64,000 nucleotides of DNA, taken from NCBI GenBank assembly GCA_012295275.1, contig CM022666.1, positions 1,178,001 through 1,242,000 of the forward strand, written 5' to 3'. Positions 12,130-25,671 of this stretch are shown here, one piece after another. Every line of letters starts with the position of its first letter. Position 1 is the first letter of the stretch. The DNA comes from Chrysomallon squamiferum (Eukaryota; Animalia; Mollusca). Under the pieces are notes generated by a model. That model did not search any database. It was not told where the DNA came from and saw only the letters and a program-made list of their open reading frames with translations. The translations under genes were made by a program, and so were the position numbers.

Positions 12130-12884
12130 AGTTTATTCCTTTTAATACAAAAATGGAAGCAGATTGTGATTAACAGAAAAAAAAAAAAAATTAAAGTTAT
12201 TTCTGAATAAATTAAAAACTTAGTAGACATGGAAATCTGAAGTTATTGGTGGGAGCACAGGAAAACTGTGTATCGAAGAGAAAATTCACAAATCTGACTG
12301 AACTCACACTCATCATTTAAAACCATTAGCTGACATTTCCTGATAAACAAAATAGTAATAATTATACACCTGATACAGCATTATAATTTAAAAACATAAA
12401 GGAATGATTTGATTGGTGGAGAAGATCAAAAAAAAAGATTAAGCTTGTGATTGGATGATTCTCAATAAACAGGATTTGATTATCTTCAGGAACCTTATTG
12501 TGATTGGAGAATGAGATTTATTTTTAATACCTGAATGAAGAAGATAAACAAACATTAACTCTTTTTGTTTATGTGAAAAATTCTTTATCGTGTACATAGC
12601 ATTTTTAAAAACCCGTGTCCAAACGTTTGAAATGAAACACACCAAATGATTGGTTAACAAGCAATCAGAAACATTTTCATTGGTTGATTTGAATTGTTAT
12701 TTTTCTACAGTGATGACTGACGTACTGCTGATGAAGCAGTTTGTTGTATTTTCTTGTGTTCTGCCTGTCAGTGTTCACATTTCAGTTTTAAAGCCTGTAA
12801 CGATTACTGTCAGAGATTCCCTTACAAAGTGACGTCTCTGATGAACTGTTAACTGCTGTCTGCTTTACTGTGAGATTAGAAGTT

Positions 12885-13090
12885 TCTTTTCTTTTAAATA
12901 TATCAGATGAATTTTTCTTTTAAATAGATCAGATTATTTTTTTCTCTTAAATATATCAGCTGATGTTTTTTTTTTCTTTTTATATATAACAGACGATTTT
13001 TTGTTTTCTTTTAAATAGGTCAGATGATGTTTGTTTTTCTTTTTAATATACAAAATAATATTTCTTATCTTTTAAAATGTATCAGATATT
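12885..13090. repeat. Degenerate tandem repeat of about 25-35 bp (TTTTCTTTTAAATATATCAGATG)
   Basis: About 6-7 decaying copies downstream of the CASK stop codon. Confidence 0.65.
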
Positions 13091-16000
13091 TCACAACACT
13101 TAAGGGAACAAACTTTCCTTCCTTTTATTCAGTTTGAAAGTAAGGATATGTTAATGAAACCAATACTTTTATGTCTAAATTGGAATTATAAGCCTCCTAA
13201 ATATTTTGTTTTTGTTATTTGCTTTTTTATTGTAACATGGTAACTGTTTTGAATGCTCTAAGCTTCATTTATATGAGGACCAAGAAAAAACACACACCCC
13301 CAAAAAAAAAATAATAAAAAAAATAAATCCATCTTTCAAAATACAAATAACTAGGATTTTGTTTTGATCCAAAATTTTCATTTCTGGCCTAAATAAGGAA
13401 GAATTATTATTAAACCTTTGAACAGTATAAAACCATTTGCATTTGATTTGAAGAAAGTCTATACAGCTGATAATCAGATTAGTTCAATTTTAAAAGATGA
13501 TATTTGATCAATACAGCACCTTTTTTTACAGTTTTGTGTTTTGAAAAATTAAAGAAAGAATTTTTTTTAAATTATTATAAATGAAATTACTGGCTTTGCA
13601 TCATAACCTGATTAAATGCAATTATGTTACACTACAGTCAGAAATATGTTTTTGGAGGGGAGAGGAAAATAATTTATATAATTGATTTAACATTATCATG
13701 AATTTATAACTTTTAATTTAATGATTATAAAGGCATAATTAATTAGTTTGATGTTGATGTGGCTTTATTATGAGTAATAATAATTTTAGAACTCAAATAT
13801 TGTAATTCTTAGCTTTTGACAGTTTGAATATTTAATTACTTATGCAGAGAAATAGAAAGATTATTGTGTTTTTCTGTCCATTTTAAAAAAATAAAAATAC
13901 TGCTAGAAATTTTCTAAATGCCTTAAAGCTATTATGGCAATAATATGGAAGGAAAAAAATTAAAAATTGTCTTTTATTCATGTAATAAAATCAAGGTTGT
14001 GTATTTAATCATTATCACCTTTCATCCTCCATTGAGAAGATTTGAACCAGCAGCATTCTCACTTCTAACACAGCTGAGACATTGTCCTCGATACATCAGT
14101 ATGATCAAGCTATTTCAAATATTAAAAAGCTAACTTTAGTACTAAAGCTTTCTCTCCAACAGCTCACAGTATTAATGCTATTTTTTCTTTTTCTTCCATT
14201 GAATTTTTCTTTTTTTATCACATTTTCTTTTATTTTTTTATATTTTTATTCATTTTAATTAATTTTTAAAGATGAAATAGAAATATAATCCTTTTCGGTT
14301 TATTGTTCAGTATGACAAAAATAGATTTGCCGATGGTAAGGAAGAATAAAAAGAAAATATTTTGTTATTATTAATTTTAATCTGGACTGCAAAAGATTAG
14401 AAGCATAAAAAAAAATATATATATATATTTTGTTGAAATTGCAATATTGTTATTTCTGAGATAAATATGTTTTTACAATATATATATATATATACATGAT
14501 TTTTGTTGTACAATAGCACACACAATATTTTTAATAACTTGGTATTAGAATTATTCTTGTTTATATAATAAAATGTTAACAGGTTTGTTTTTTGTTAAGA
14601 AGATTGATTCAGACTGATTAATCCTCTTTTTACTTTACAAGGTTATATATATATATTTATATATTTATTTTTTGTTATTAATTTTGTTCTGCTTGAACTA
14701 TTTTCATTACAATTTGTGCAGTCATCTAAAAGTATAAAACGTTTGAAGTATTTTTCTTCACGTACATTTCAGTTAACACCAAAATTTTCTTAGTCTTTGC
14801 CTAATCTACAAAATATTGTCAATCAGAATTATTCAGACAGAACTGATTTCAGATTTGTTCTAAAATGATTATATTAACTACAGGAAATTTAATTATAATT
14901 TAGTTTAATTAATAATTTATATATTCTGGTCATATTAATTTCAAAATTGGATTACAGTTTATAATATAATTAATTATTATGATGATGATGGATATTAACA
15001 ACAATAAATAATTATTATTATGATTGTCTTCACCGTCATTTAAAAGCTGTGTTCAGTTTAAATTCTTTGTGTATGAAAATATTAAGTTTTAAAATTTTTA
15101 TCACATTGAAGTTTTATTCAGCTTGCATACTGCCTTTCACATTTTCAGCTAATTTAAAATCAAAAATGACTCCAGTATTATCAAATTCAGATACATTTAA
15201 TTACTGTTTGGTGCTTGGTACATTTATGCAATTTTAACTTTAAGAAATATTTTACCATCTTCTAAACCAACATATATTTCAGTGTACATAATTAAATAAA
15301 AGCAGTTATTATTATTAACAGAACCAAGCCAAAAATATTAGTAGTGCAAAGAATACAAGCCATAATATAAATAAGTGTTCATAATAAAAAATAAATCATT
15401 GCTTTTTTTTTTACCAATTTACAAAATTAATTAATTTAAAAATGTTACTGATCAGTTTTGTGAAGTCAGTTTTGATCTTGTAATAATAAAATGATTCTTC
15501 CTAAATATTAATTAATTTATTTAAATATTTTGTATTTTTATTTAATTTTTAAAAAATTTAGTTTTTATTCAAAAGTGTAGGTTCTGTTTCTAATATATGG
15601 AAAATTTTCATTTTAATGTTTTCTGTTATTTTCATGTACAAAAGCAGTAATTCAGATAAATCATGCTAAATATAACCATCAAAATAAATTGAGTTTAATT
15701 AATTAAAATAAATAAACAAATAGATAGATAGATAAATAAATAAATAACTTTCAAAATAAATTGAGTTTAATTAATAAATGATTTAAATAAATATTAATAA
15801 AAATAAGTAAATAAATAAATAAATAAATAACCATCAGTTGTAAGAAAGAAAAAGTTGGAACCATATGTAGTTTTAAAAGCATTCTTCTCTAGAAATGAGT
15901 ACATCAGTACTTACAACCCTAATACATTGACTTTATTATTGCTATTTAGAGTAGGTATATCAGTGTTTCAAATCTTTCTAAGTAATTCATTACAATTCTT

Positions 16001-18680
16001 GTATATTTTATGACCAGTTATTTACTTATTTAAAAGAACTTATTAAATTTTGCTTATATCAACTCCTTCCTTATATGTAAAAATATAAATAAAACCATAG
16101 CAGTTGTAATTTTTAATTCGATATATATAAATAAATATAAATAAAATCATAGCAATTGGTTAATTTTAATTCTTTATTATTAAATAAATGTATAAAAATA
16201 AATAAAATGCCCTGTAATCTTATTTTGTTTTTCAACATTTATTTTAATTCAGATTTGAAAATATGTTAATATTATGAAAATATAAACAACTTTTTGTTGT
16301 TGTATGGGAATGTGGTTTAAATTTCATTATTATTTTAATATTTAACCATGATATATCCATGTATATATAATATATCCATTAATACCTTGTGTTTGTTTAA
16401 ATAAATAATTTTTATTTATGTTTATTTATACATGTATAAATATATATGTTGCTACATTAAACAATCAATAAGAAAACTGCCAAAATGCCGCACATTTTCA
16501 GAATATCTTTACTTGGAAATTTATGCCTGTTCTGTTATTAATTATGTTTAATTTTAGCTAATTTGCATGTTGGAAATTAAAATAAGAAATGAAATATTTT
16601 GACCATTACTTAAAAATCAGTAAGATGTATAGTGTTAATTACTGAAAGGTATGTTTTATGAGGGGGTTTTTTGTTTTGTTTTTTCATTTTTAATATAAAT
16701 GTACAATTGTAATATTTCATATTTCTCAATACATCTATCAAATTTTCTCTTTTAATAAGAACATTTATTAACTTTTAAAACATTGCAATTGAACATGAAT
16801 TGGTTAAGCTTTTTTAATCTATAACAGCATACTCGAAATAAAATATTAAATAAAAGATTCACATTTTTAACTGAAACCAAAATTGTAGTGAATCTTAAAC
16901 AAACATACCTTATGTGTATTAATTATTTCATTTCTGTTTAAATTATTTAACACTTTTATTCTAATAAAAAATTTATCTTTATATCATTAATATCTTTAGT
17001 GAAATTATTTTAATATATTCATTTCAAGTCATTGTTTGAATCAGAACTATCTTTATTATAATACCATAACATTTAAAATATTCCTTTTCTGCACATTTTG
17101 TCAAATGAAAACCAGAATGGTTTAAAAAGCCAGTTATGAGATTGTTTTGGCAGATTCCACAATCTTCATTTGTAGTAATGCACAAAGTCATAAACTATGA
17201 GAGTACAGCAGACTTTAGTAGACTGATCTCAATGGTCAACATTTCAGCCACTGATAAAGAAAACCAATTTTGTTATGTTGCTCTGCTTATTTTTTTTTTT
17301 TTTTTTTTTTAAATTGCTTTCTGGCTTTCATGTGATGACTTTGTGAGAGAAAAATATAAAACTTACAGTTATTATTTATTGCTTGTGTGTGTCCAAGTCT
17401 TCCAGGTGAGAAGACTGTTCTCAATATCCAGTGTGTTAATTAATATGTCACTGTTGTAAGAGTGATAGACTGGGTGTTTCAGTCAGCAATATTAACCATT
17501 TCCACATTACACTCAATTCACATGCAGTGTGCTTACCTCATTTTAACTCTCTTTAGGCATTAGATTCAAGTTTCAGTGGTGGTAAGAATTTTTGGTGTGA
17601 ACTTTCATTATCATCTTTCATTACTATTCTGCTAGTGCTGGATGAATATCAAACAATTTAGAGTCTAAAGGTAATGCATTTGTGTTTATTTGCTTAACAA
17701 GTCCCTCAGTATTTAATTTAATCATTAATAATTATCTTTCAGATATTTCATACAGTTTATAATGAAAAGCATTTGGTTCACTCTTCAATGCTTGATCCAA
17801 TTTTTAATCTATTTATGTGGAAGTATGTATTCATCTTCAATGAAATCAAGATATTGTTTAGAACAACTTAGACACTAATAGCAAGATCATTTCAAATAAG
17901 CTGGTTTCTTAAATTACTGGGTTAACATTTTAATGCTTGATTAAATATTTGATCTAGTGTGGAAACAAAGGATTATTTTTAATGAAATTTAATAACCTGG
18001 TAGCTTAAATTATTCAGTTTAATGCCTTAATGCTTGCTTAAGTTTTCAGTACTATGGTGTAAATGTATATCACTTAATTCTAACACTCACTGAACAAGTT
18101 TTTGTTCTTTGATAAATTATCATGCTGAGGATTAACTTTAACTTGATGTGAGCATTTCAAACAAGGTATTTAAAACAAATATTAAGCTTGCTCATTAAAA
18201 GATGTTTTAAAATTATAATGGCATTTGTCAAGAGACAGATTGGAAATATTACTCATCAGTCTGCATTTCCAGGACTAGTAGCTACTGGAAAATCACATTC
18301 TATCAGATGGATTGTTGTTTGAATCTGTAATTGGGATGCATTATCAGCATACTTGAATCTTTAATGTTAAAGTTTGAGGACAATCATAATGGTTTGATTA
18401 CATTCAGTATGAATAATGAACTACATAAAATACTGGTGCTTTGACTTTCTAACCAAACAAATAATGATCAAGTTTCTGAAGACAAATTGTGCATAAACAA
18501 AGACTTTACCTCTAAAGTAAACATTGTCAGTTGTTCATGCTTGGTCTTTTATTTCAGGTATTTGTGACTGCAGATATAGATTAATGTACTTCTACTACAT
18601 AAAATCAACATGTTATCATATTTTGAATGTCTTTTGTAATGGAATGGTTCCTGTATTAGGTTGAGAGTTTTAAAGATGAA

Positions 18681-18725
18681 AATAAAATACACTTCATAAT
18701 TATAGCATTGTCTGTGTTCTTTTTT
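18681..18725 (+). terminator. Candidate distal CASK polyadenylation signal
   Basis: AATAAA at 18681-18686 followed about 20 nt later by a GT/T-rich tract (TTGTCTGTGTTCTTTTTT); close to the point where the plus strand stops being T-rich. Confidence 0.35.
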
Positions 18726-19480
18726 ATATTCATTTTTACATTTGTTGTTTTATATCACATCTGTTATAATGCATTCACTGTTTTGTCTTGAGGTTAAGGT
18801 TTCAGGATTTAAATTTCAGATCTGATCTGATCTGGTTAAAGTCACGTCACTTATAATATTTAATATTTAATATTTAAAAGCTAACTGATCCAGTTTATTT
18901 GAAGGTAACTTAACATTTTGAATCCTATGAAATGAGCACCTACAAGGGTGACAAATGTTGATTCATAATTGCCTTATTTAATAGAAATAAAAATACTCCA
19001 TGTATTTTTAATGTGCAAAGATGTCTGAAACTGAAAATAATTATTAATTATTATTATTATTTATTTATTTATTTATTTATTTATTATACAAAATATTTCC
19101 CACAATTCCAGACTTTTGAGACATTTCAGAAGATCATTTTCAACAGAAATATAGAAAATATATACAAGTATTCAGAAAGTTTGGGCCTAGTATTAACAAA
19201 ACATTTTAATTAGTAGTAGTAATTATTGATTGTAAATGTTTGTGTGTATGCACATTTCATGGTGACATGCAGTAGATGTAACATGATCTCCATATTAGAA
19301 TTACAACATACGACAGACATCACTTCAAGAAACTGAATATTAACATTAAAAGATATGATCAACAACTAATAAAAGTATATACGAACCAAAAACATTATAA
19401 TTCCAGCAGTTTCTGATACTATAACATACAAGCAACACCAAAAGGTATAAAAATCTTTATAACTTATAAATACCCTCAAA

Positions 19481-21008
19481 CTATACTACTGTCTTTTCTT
19501 CTGTAACTTTCTTACATTTGGAACGATCCATTTTCCTAAAAGTCATATTGATTCTTACGCCTTTTATTTTCTTTCTCTTAGGCAGACTGTGGTACCAGTA
19601 TTTGTTCGTTGGATATCTCATCAACAACAAGGATCCATGCTCTAATTTAACTGTAACAGGGTCCAACGAACGAGATGCTTTCTTTCCTCGCGAATCTTGA
19701 TGGCGAAATACAAAATCTCTCACCTCTCCTAATGACAGAGACGCAATAGGATGCCCCTCCACAAGATCCACTTCATCATCTTTGTGTTCACCAATATAAT
19801 CATTTCCATCATGATATCTTTAACAAAAATATATTGCAGATGCATGTTAAATATCATTTCGAAGAAAACTTTTAATTTTACAGTGTTAAATGTTGACATG
19901 GATTAATAATACACTAACATAATTTGAGTTTTCAGAAGATTTGATGCTTGATTTAAAAATATTTTAAAACCTCCCAATAAAAAATGTTTTAATTTCTCAT
20001 GTTTCTTTAATGTATGAATACTGATTCTTTGTCACATATTGTGCTAATATAGTGTAGTTGATGTTAAACTATATATTTTTCAAAGATAAACTTTAATTTA
20101 CAAAAAATATATATATATATATTTGTTATTTATTTTATTTAATTTTATTTTTTAAACTATTTCTTTTAATTTAATTAAAATAAATAAATAAATAATAGAA
20201 AAGAAGATAAACATGATATTCACATAATATACCTGTTAACAAGTACAAAGTTGAAATCATATCCTGTGACATTTGTTATCTTGTTTCTAATGTCTGTTAG
20301 CAGTGGTATCCATGGAACAGCTGGGACAGTGGTTCCAGAAAATGTGTAACTAAGACCTGGATCACCAAATGCAACCTAAATGAAAATATAAAATTTTAAG
20401 AAAAATGAAATAAAAAATTGCTAAAAGTTTATATTTGCTTATGTATATGGGTGTGTTTGTGTATGCTTCAATTTTTTAAAAACCTAGCTTCTGTTTTAAC
20501 TATTTTAAGATGTGAAAACACAAACGTACCATTTTAAATCATGTTTAAAAACGTCTGTTTTAATCAGAATTTTTAAAAATAATAATTATTATTAATATAT
20601 TTTATAACTAATTATAACTTCTTTTTTTTAATCTAATTTGGTATTAAAAAATAAATAAACCACCTGCTTCCTTGGAATAGGATGCCATTTGCCGAATATT
20701 CGTATTTTGGACAAGTTTCCTTCATTATATGATAATGTTTTTTCACATTCGTTCAGAAGTTTATCTGCTTCGGTTTTGTCGTATAACAACATTATGTCGC
20801 ATACCAAGTTCTCTCCTTTTATATTTTTCCATCTGTTTTTCACATCTCTGGAAGATGCTTTTAAACCAGCTCCACCTCGTTTGAAGTCTTTTCTTGGACT
20901 GTCATTTTCACTTTCTCGCTTTCTTTTATTAGATAAAGATTGTAATGCATCCGACATGATTTTTCTCTTCTTGGAGTTATCTCCCTTTATTACAGCGTCT
21001 TTGGACAC
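19481..21008 (-). CDS. ALKBH2: AlkB homolog 2, Fe(II)/2-oxoglutarate DNA demethylase; 3 coding exons, start codon uncertain
   Basis: Exons about 21008-20664 (...KIRIFGKWHPIPRKQ), 20375-20233 (VAFGDPGLSYTFSG...WIPLL...FNFVLVN), 19817-19481 (RYHDGNDYIGEHKDDE...IASLSLGEVRDFVFRH...LEHGSLLLM...WYHSLPKRKK...RINMTFR). The HxD...H iron triad and RxNxTFR motif are intact and phases are consistent. The first in-frame ATG is at 20958; the frame stays open to about 21008. Confidence 0.93.
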
Positions 21009-21036
21009 TGAACGTTGATTTACACTACAGTGCTTA

Positions 21037-21082
<46 letters not shown>

Positions 21083-21299
21083 TTATTTATTTTTTTATTT
21101 ATTCATTTGATTTTTTTGTTGTTTTTAATCCTAATTTTTATGTCGTATTGTATCAAAGTGATAAAAACAGATGTACTACAAGATGATATTGCAACCTTTT
21201 TTGTTTTTATGCAGTTTCGGTAAGTTAAGAAAAACACTATAATATTACATGACAAATATAACGGAATTCAAATACCCTAAGTAGGTCAACAACAAATGT

Positions 21300-22630
21300 C
21301 AAACAAAAATAACGAATTGTTCAACATCAGCGATTAAGTATAATGAACGCATGCGCATTCACTTTAAGGAGACATATAACATTAATAATAATCCCGGCCA
21401 AATAGTCTGCTTTGAGACTGTGTAATTAGTGGAAACCCGCTTCTGCGTACATCAATACTTTAATCTGGTCTGTGTTAAAAATGTTTTAAAACATCACACA
21501 AATTACCATATATTTTTAATAATTATATTTAAATTGTACTACATAGTATTTTTTATTACCTAAATAAATAAATAAATATAAATAATCAATTCTATGTAGC
21601 TTGATGTTTATAATTTATTTTAGAAAAAGAAAAGAAAAAAAGGCAATTAGTTTTTCAGTGAAATAATAAAAATAATCTAACTTAACACTGTTTAGGAAAA
21701 TAATAAAATTATTTATTTCATATATTAATATTAATTCCAAATTTGACACAGTACTCGTCAACTGATATTTCAGTGTTCTTAAAGAATATTTAAAAGAGAT
21801 ATATAATTATAACAAAATAATGACCCGTCGCTCTTCGATATGACATAAGCGATGTCTAGCAGACGACGTTTCTTTGGATATTACTACGCCATGGCATATT
21901 GCGTGCACCTGCAGTTCGTACATTAGGTACTAATTGATAAAGGATTAATACATTTTATTATGTTTAAGCAAAGGGATATTTTACATAATAAACAAACCAA
22001 TGGTTAAACAAATAATTCATTGCTCTACATTAATATCTGTTTCAAACAAATTTTGAACTGAATCGCAACACTGTTCCCGGAAATAGGAAAAGCACTATCA
22101 AAAGCAATAAGTGTTTTAACATATATACAATATAATTCCACTATTTCTAACACTTGTGCATCAGAACTAAGCAAATACTAGATATCTATTTATTGTTTAA
22201 GTGTTTAGAATATATTATTGGAAATAAAAATATGTATTTGTCTGTACAATATGTTTTTTTAGCTTAAAAAGAAATATTAATGAAATAGGTCGGTAATGAA
22301 AAGGCGGAAGTAACAGATAGTGCAAACAGTGACTGGCCAATGAAATTGATGGTTACAAAGGTTTGTTGGTTGCTTTTGCTTGTGCTTTTTACGAGCGAAA
22401 TATCAAACCAGTTGAATGTTTTTATTAAATTACAGAAAACCTGGGAATATTTATCATTTTCTTGAATTTGCGCATGATTAAGCATCAAGGTAATAACAAT
22501 ATGGCAAAACATTAACGTTGCAGAATGTTTTGTTGTTTTATTTCGTCTATTCGTAGGTGATGACGCGTTGTATGTTGACATCAATTTACGAAGGATAAAA
22601 ATCAGATTAATTTGGTAGCAAAACAAGGAT
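21300..22630. promoter_or_regulatory. Divergent (head-to-head) promoter region between ALKBH2 and SAP130
   Basis: CpG-retaining patches in an otherwise CpG-poor window; NRF1-like CGCATGCGCA at 21348-21357; ETS-like GGCGGAAGT at 22303-22311; CCAAT at about 22337; TGCGCATG at 22469; CRE-like TGACG at 22561. Confidence 0.55.
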
Positions 22631-23285
22631 ATTATTTTGAATTTTGTTGTTATAGTTAGGTGTATCTATATCAGAAGAATTGTCATTATCTAGTGAAATA
22701 ATTTAACTTTTAGGTTAACGCCCATTCTAAGGTTACCAGCTCGAAATAACACATGATTGAAGTGTTATCCCCACGATAATAGTTAATCATGTTAATGGTT
22801 TAGTTTGATCTATTTCTTTTTTCTGAAACTGATTTTGATTCTTTGGTCTCCAAATAATAGAAGTAATACACATGTTTTTGACTAGTTCTTTAATAATTAA
22901 ACATATTAATTTGAATAAGAGGTGGATTAATGCCTTTGCCAAAGACTGAAGAATAATACTCCAAATGATACTTACTAGCTACCGAAATCCATATGTTGCA
23001 GCTTTATATTAGCAATTTATTTCATAAATAAGATAAATCTGATACATGATTTGAATATTTTCAGCATTCAAATGTAAAATTATGATTTTTAAAACTAGAA
23101 GTTTAAGTGATAATAAAATAAAATCTTTACAGGGATATTTCTAAAATAGTAATAAATATTATTGTCTGTGATATCAACTGTTATTTATATTTTCTTTATT
23201 TAATAAGTTACTCTTAATATACGGATGTTTACATTGTGGATTTATTTTGCTGCATTGTGTTTATTAAATATTACATCAACAGGCA

Positions 23286-25634
23286 ATGAGCAGTAGTGGC
23301 TTTCAAGGTGGGGAAAAACGAAGTGGAGAAGAGCGGTCTACAGAAACTCGACCAGCTGGCATATCTCAGAACGCTGTCAGTCAACCAGCATTAACTCATG
23401 TATTGTCACAGGGCACTGCCATTTCCATCCCAGACACCAAAATGTTACAAGTATATATCTCTAATAAGATTAACTGATGTATGAATTTGCTGCCACCCAT
23501 TTTCAGATATCTATTTTTATTGTGGTGCATTAACCATTCATTTTGTTTTGTTATTAATTTACTGTTTGCTTTTGGGACTATACTTGTCGTTAAAGTAGGG
23601 TTTTTCTTTTCAATGAATTTTGATTCTGTTATTGTATATATGTGAGTTATTAATTTGGTATGCCTTTAGTTATGTTTATGAAATTGATTTTTATTTAGTA
23701 TAAAGTGTCTTTTAAGTATGAATATGTATGTCTGAATTTAATCAATTATTAATGACTGATTATTTAACTTTTCTTTTAACTTCAGACAATTCGACCAAGA
23801 GCAAAACCAGCAGGTTCAGGTTTTGCTGCTTCATATGGACAGTCCGGAATCTCTCCACTAACTCAGAGTAAGAATTATTCTTTCTTTCTAAATTTAAAAT
23901 TTTTCATTTCTTCACCCCTTTTAAATGGCTCTCTATTAAGCACAGGTATATATTTTGATCCAAATTTCATTTTAATTTGAAATATATTTTAATATCAGTC
24001 ACAGAATGACTAAAATGATAAATTGTTACTTCAGACTTAGCGACAAGAAGTACAACTATGGAGCTGAGCAGTCACGGACGTGTGTCAGCTCCAGTGACGA
24101 CTACAGTTCACTCTGCAAGTACCCCACTGACTGGCCATCCACACACCACGATCGCCATGCCGATAACAATCCCACAACCAAATATCGTCCACGTGAATCC
24201 ACCCACTTCTTCTGTTGTGGGACAGCAGCTGAACAGTCCCTCTCAGGCACTGAACATCAACAGATCTGCTGGACCGCAGCACACCCCAGCGTTTGCGACT
24301 CACTTACCTAGAGGTGAAAACAGTTTATTTTATAATTAGTTTTATTATCATGAAGAAAAACAAAGAAAACATTTTATTTATTTTTTATTTTTTTATTTTT
24401 TGTCTGTGCAATATATTTTTTTTACTGAGATTAAAAATAAAGAGAAGAATTTTATTTTAAAAATATTTATATCACACTTTTAATTAGTAAAAGAACAAAG
24501 AAGCAATAAAATGTATATTGAAAATTATAGTTTAAAATACATAGTTTGAAATGACTGTTGATTAGATTATATAGTCAGTTTATTATTTAAAATGTTTAGT
24601 TTAATAATGTCGCTTTCTAGATTTTATATAGTTAGATAGATATATATAGAGAGATATATATATGTATATATATATAAATCCAGAATTAATATGCCACGCA
24701 GTTTGTTTCAGTGTCTGTTCAAAATAATTTATACCAATGTTTCTGTTTACACTCATCAACTCTACAATTTCAGGAGCAATTGCAGCTGCATCTGCACTAT
24801 CGTTGTCAAAGAGCAACCCCAACATAGCATCACCAGCAACAGCAGTACTTCGCCCCAATGCCCCCAGCATTCAGATCCCCTCCACGCCCAGTGCTCTGCA
24901 TGGGTCAGCACTGCAATCTTCCTTGGCCCGTCCCCTGCTGGCAATGAACCCCCACCGGACAGGCACTCCGCCCCCAGCTAGACCAACCTCTCCTGCTGTG
25001 GGCCTGACAACAATACAGACTCAGAGGTAAATCATTCTGAATTTCAGTAGTGAGACAAAGGGGAATAACTTGTTAGGATGTCGTTTTTGTTGCATTGTTG
25101 TTCACTGTGTTGTTAAGAACAATATTTATTACTTACTTTTTTTTTATATGTGTGTAAATGCACAAAAGAGAATTAAAATCAGATTAATTATTTTTTTTTT
25201 TTTTTTAATTTAATATCTTTTAATATAGTATTTGAGAAAAAGTGCACAATCGGTTTCATGAAATTTATTAAAAAAAAAAAAAAAAAAATTGAAACAGTTG
25301 ATTGAAATTGAAAAACTCTGAATAATGAAATAAATATTTAAAAAAAATATATATATTACATTTTGTGATTGGTATCCAGTTTCCTCGCAGCATGAAGATA
25401 ATAAAAATACTACTGTGTTGCTTCTCTTGCAGGTCCAGTTTCCCAGCAAACACATCAACAAACAAACAGATCACTTCTCGCCCAGCCACCATTGAAATCG
25501 CCAAACCCGTGTCAGCCCACAGCCAGAGTAAATCTGCTATTCACATCCCCCACCCCCTGCCACAGTCTAAAGTGATCGTCTCTCAGACTCTCACTTCACA
25601 CATGCACTCTGCTGTTTCAGCTAAACCAGGTTTG

Positions 25635-25671
<37 letters not shown>

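Noticed and set aside
12710-12845. Possible C/D-box snoRNA (GTGATGA...CTGA) or alternative CASK last exon after TTTTCTACAG
   Set aside because: No convincing terminal stem or recognisable rRNA guide; lies downstream of the stop codon; the in-phase reading is an immediate TGA.
22264-22626. 120-aa minus-strand ORF in the promoter region
   Set aside because: No recognisable domain and a non-ATG start; overlaps the probable SAP130 promoter/5' UTR.
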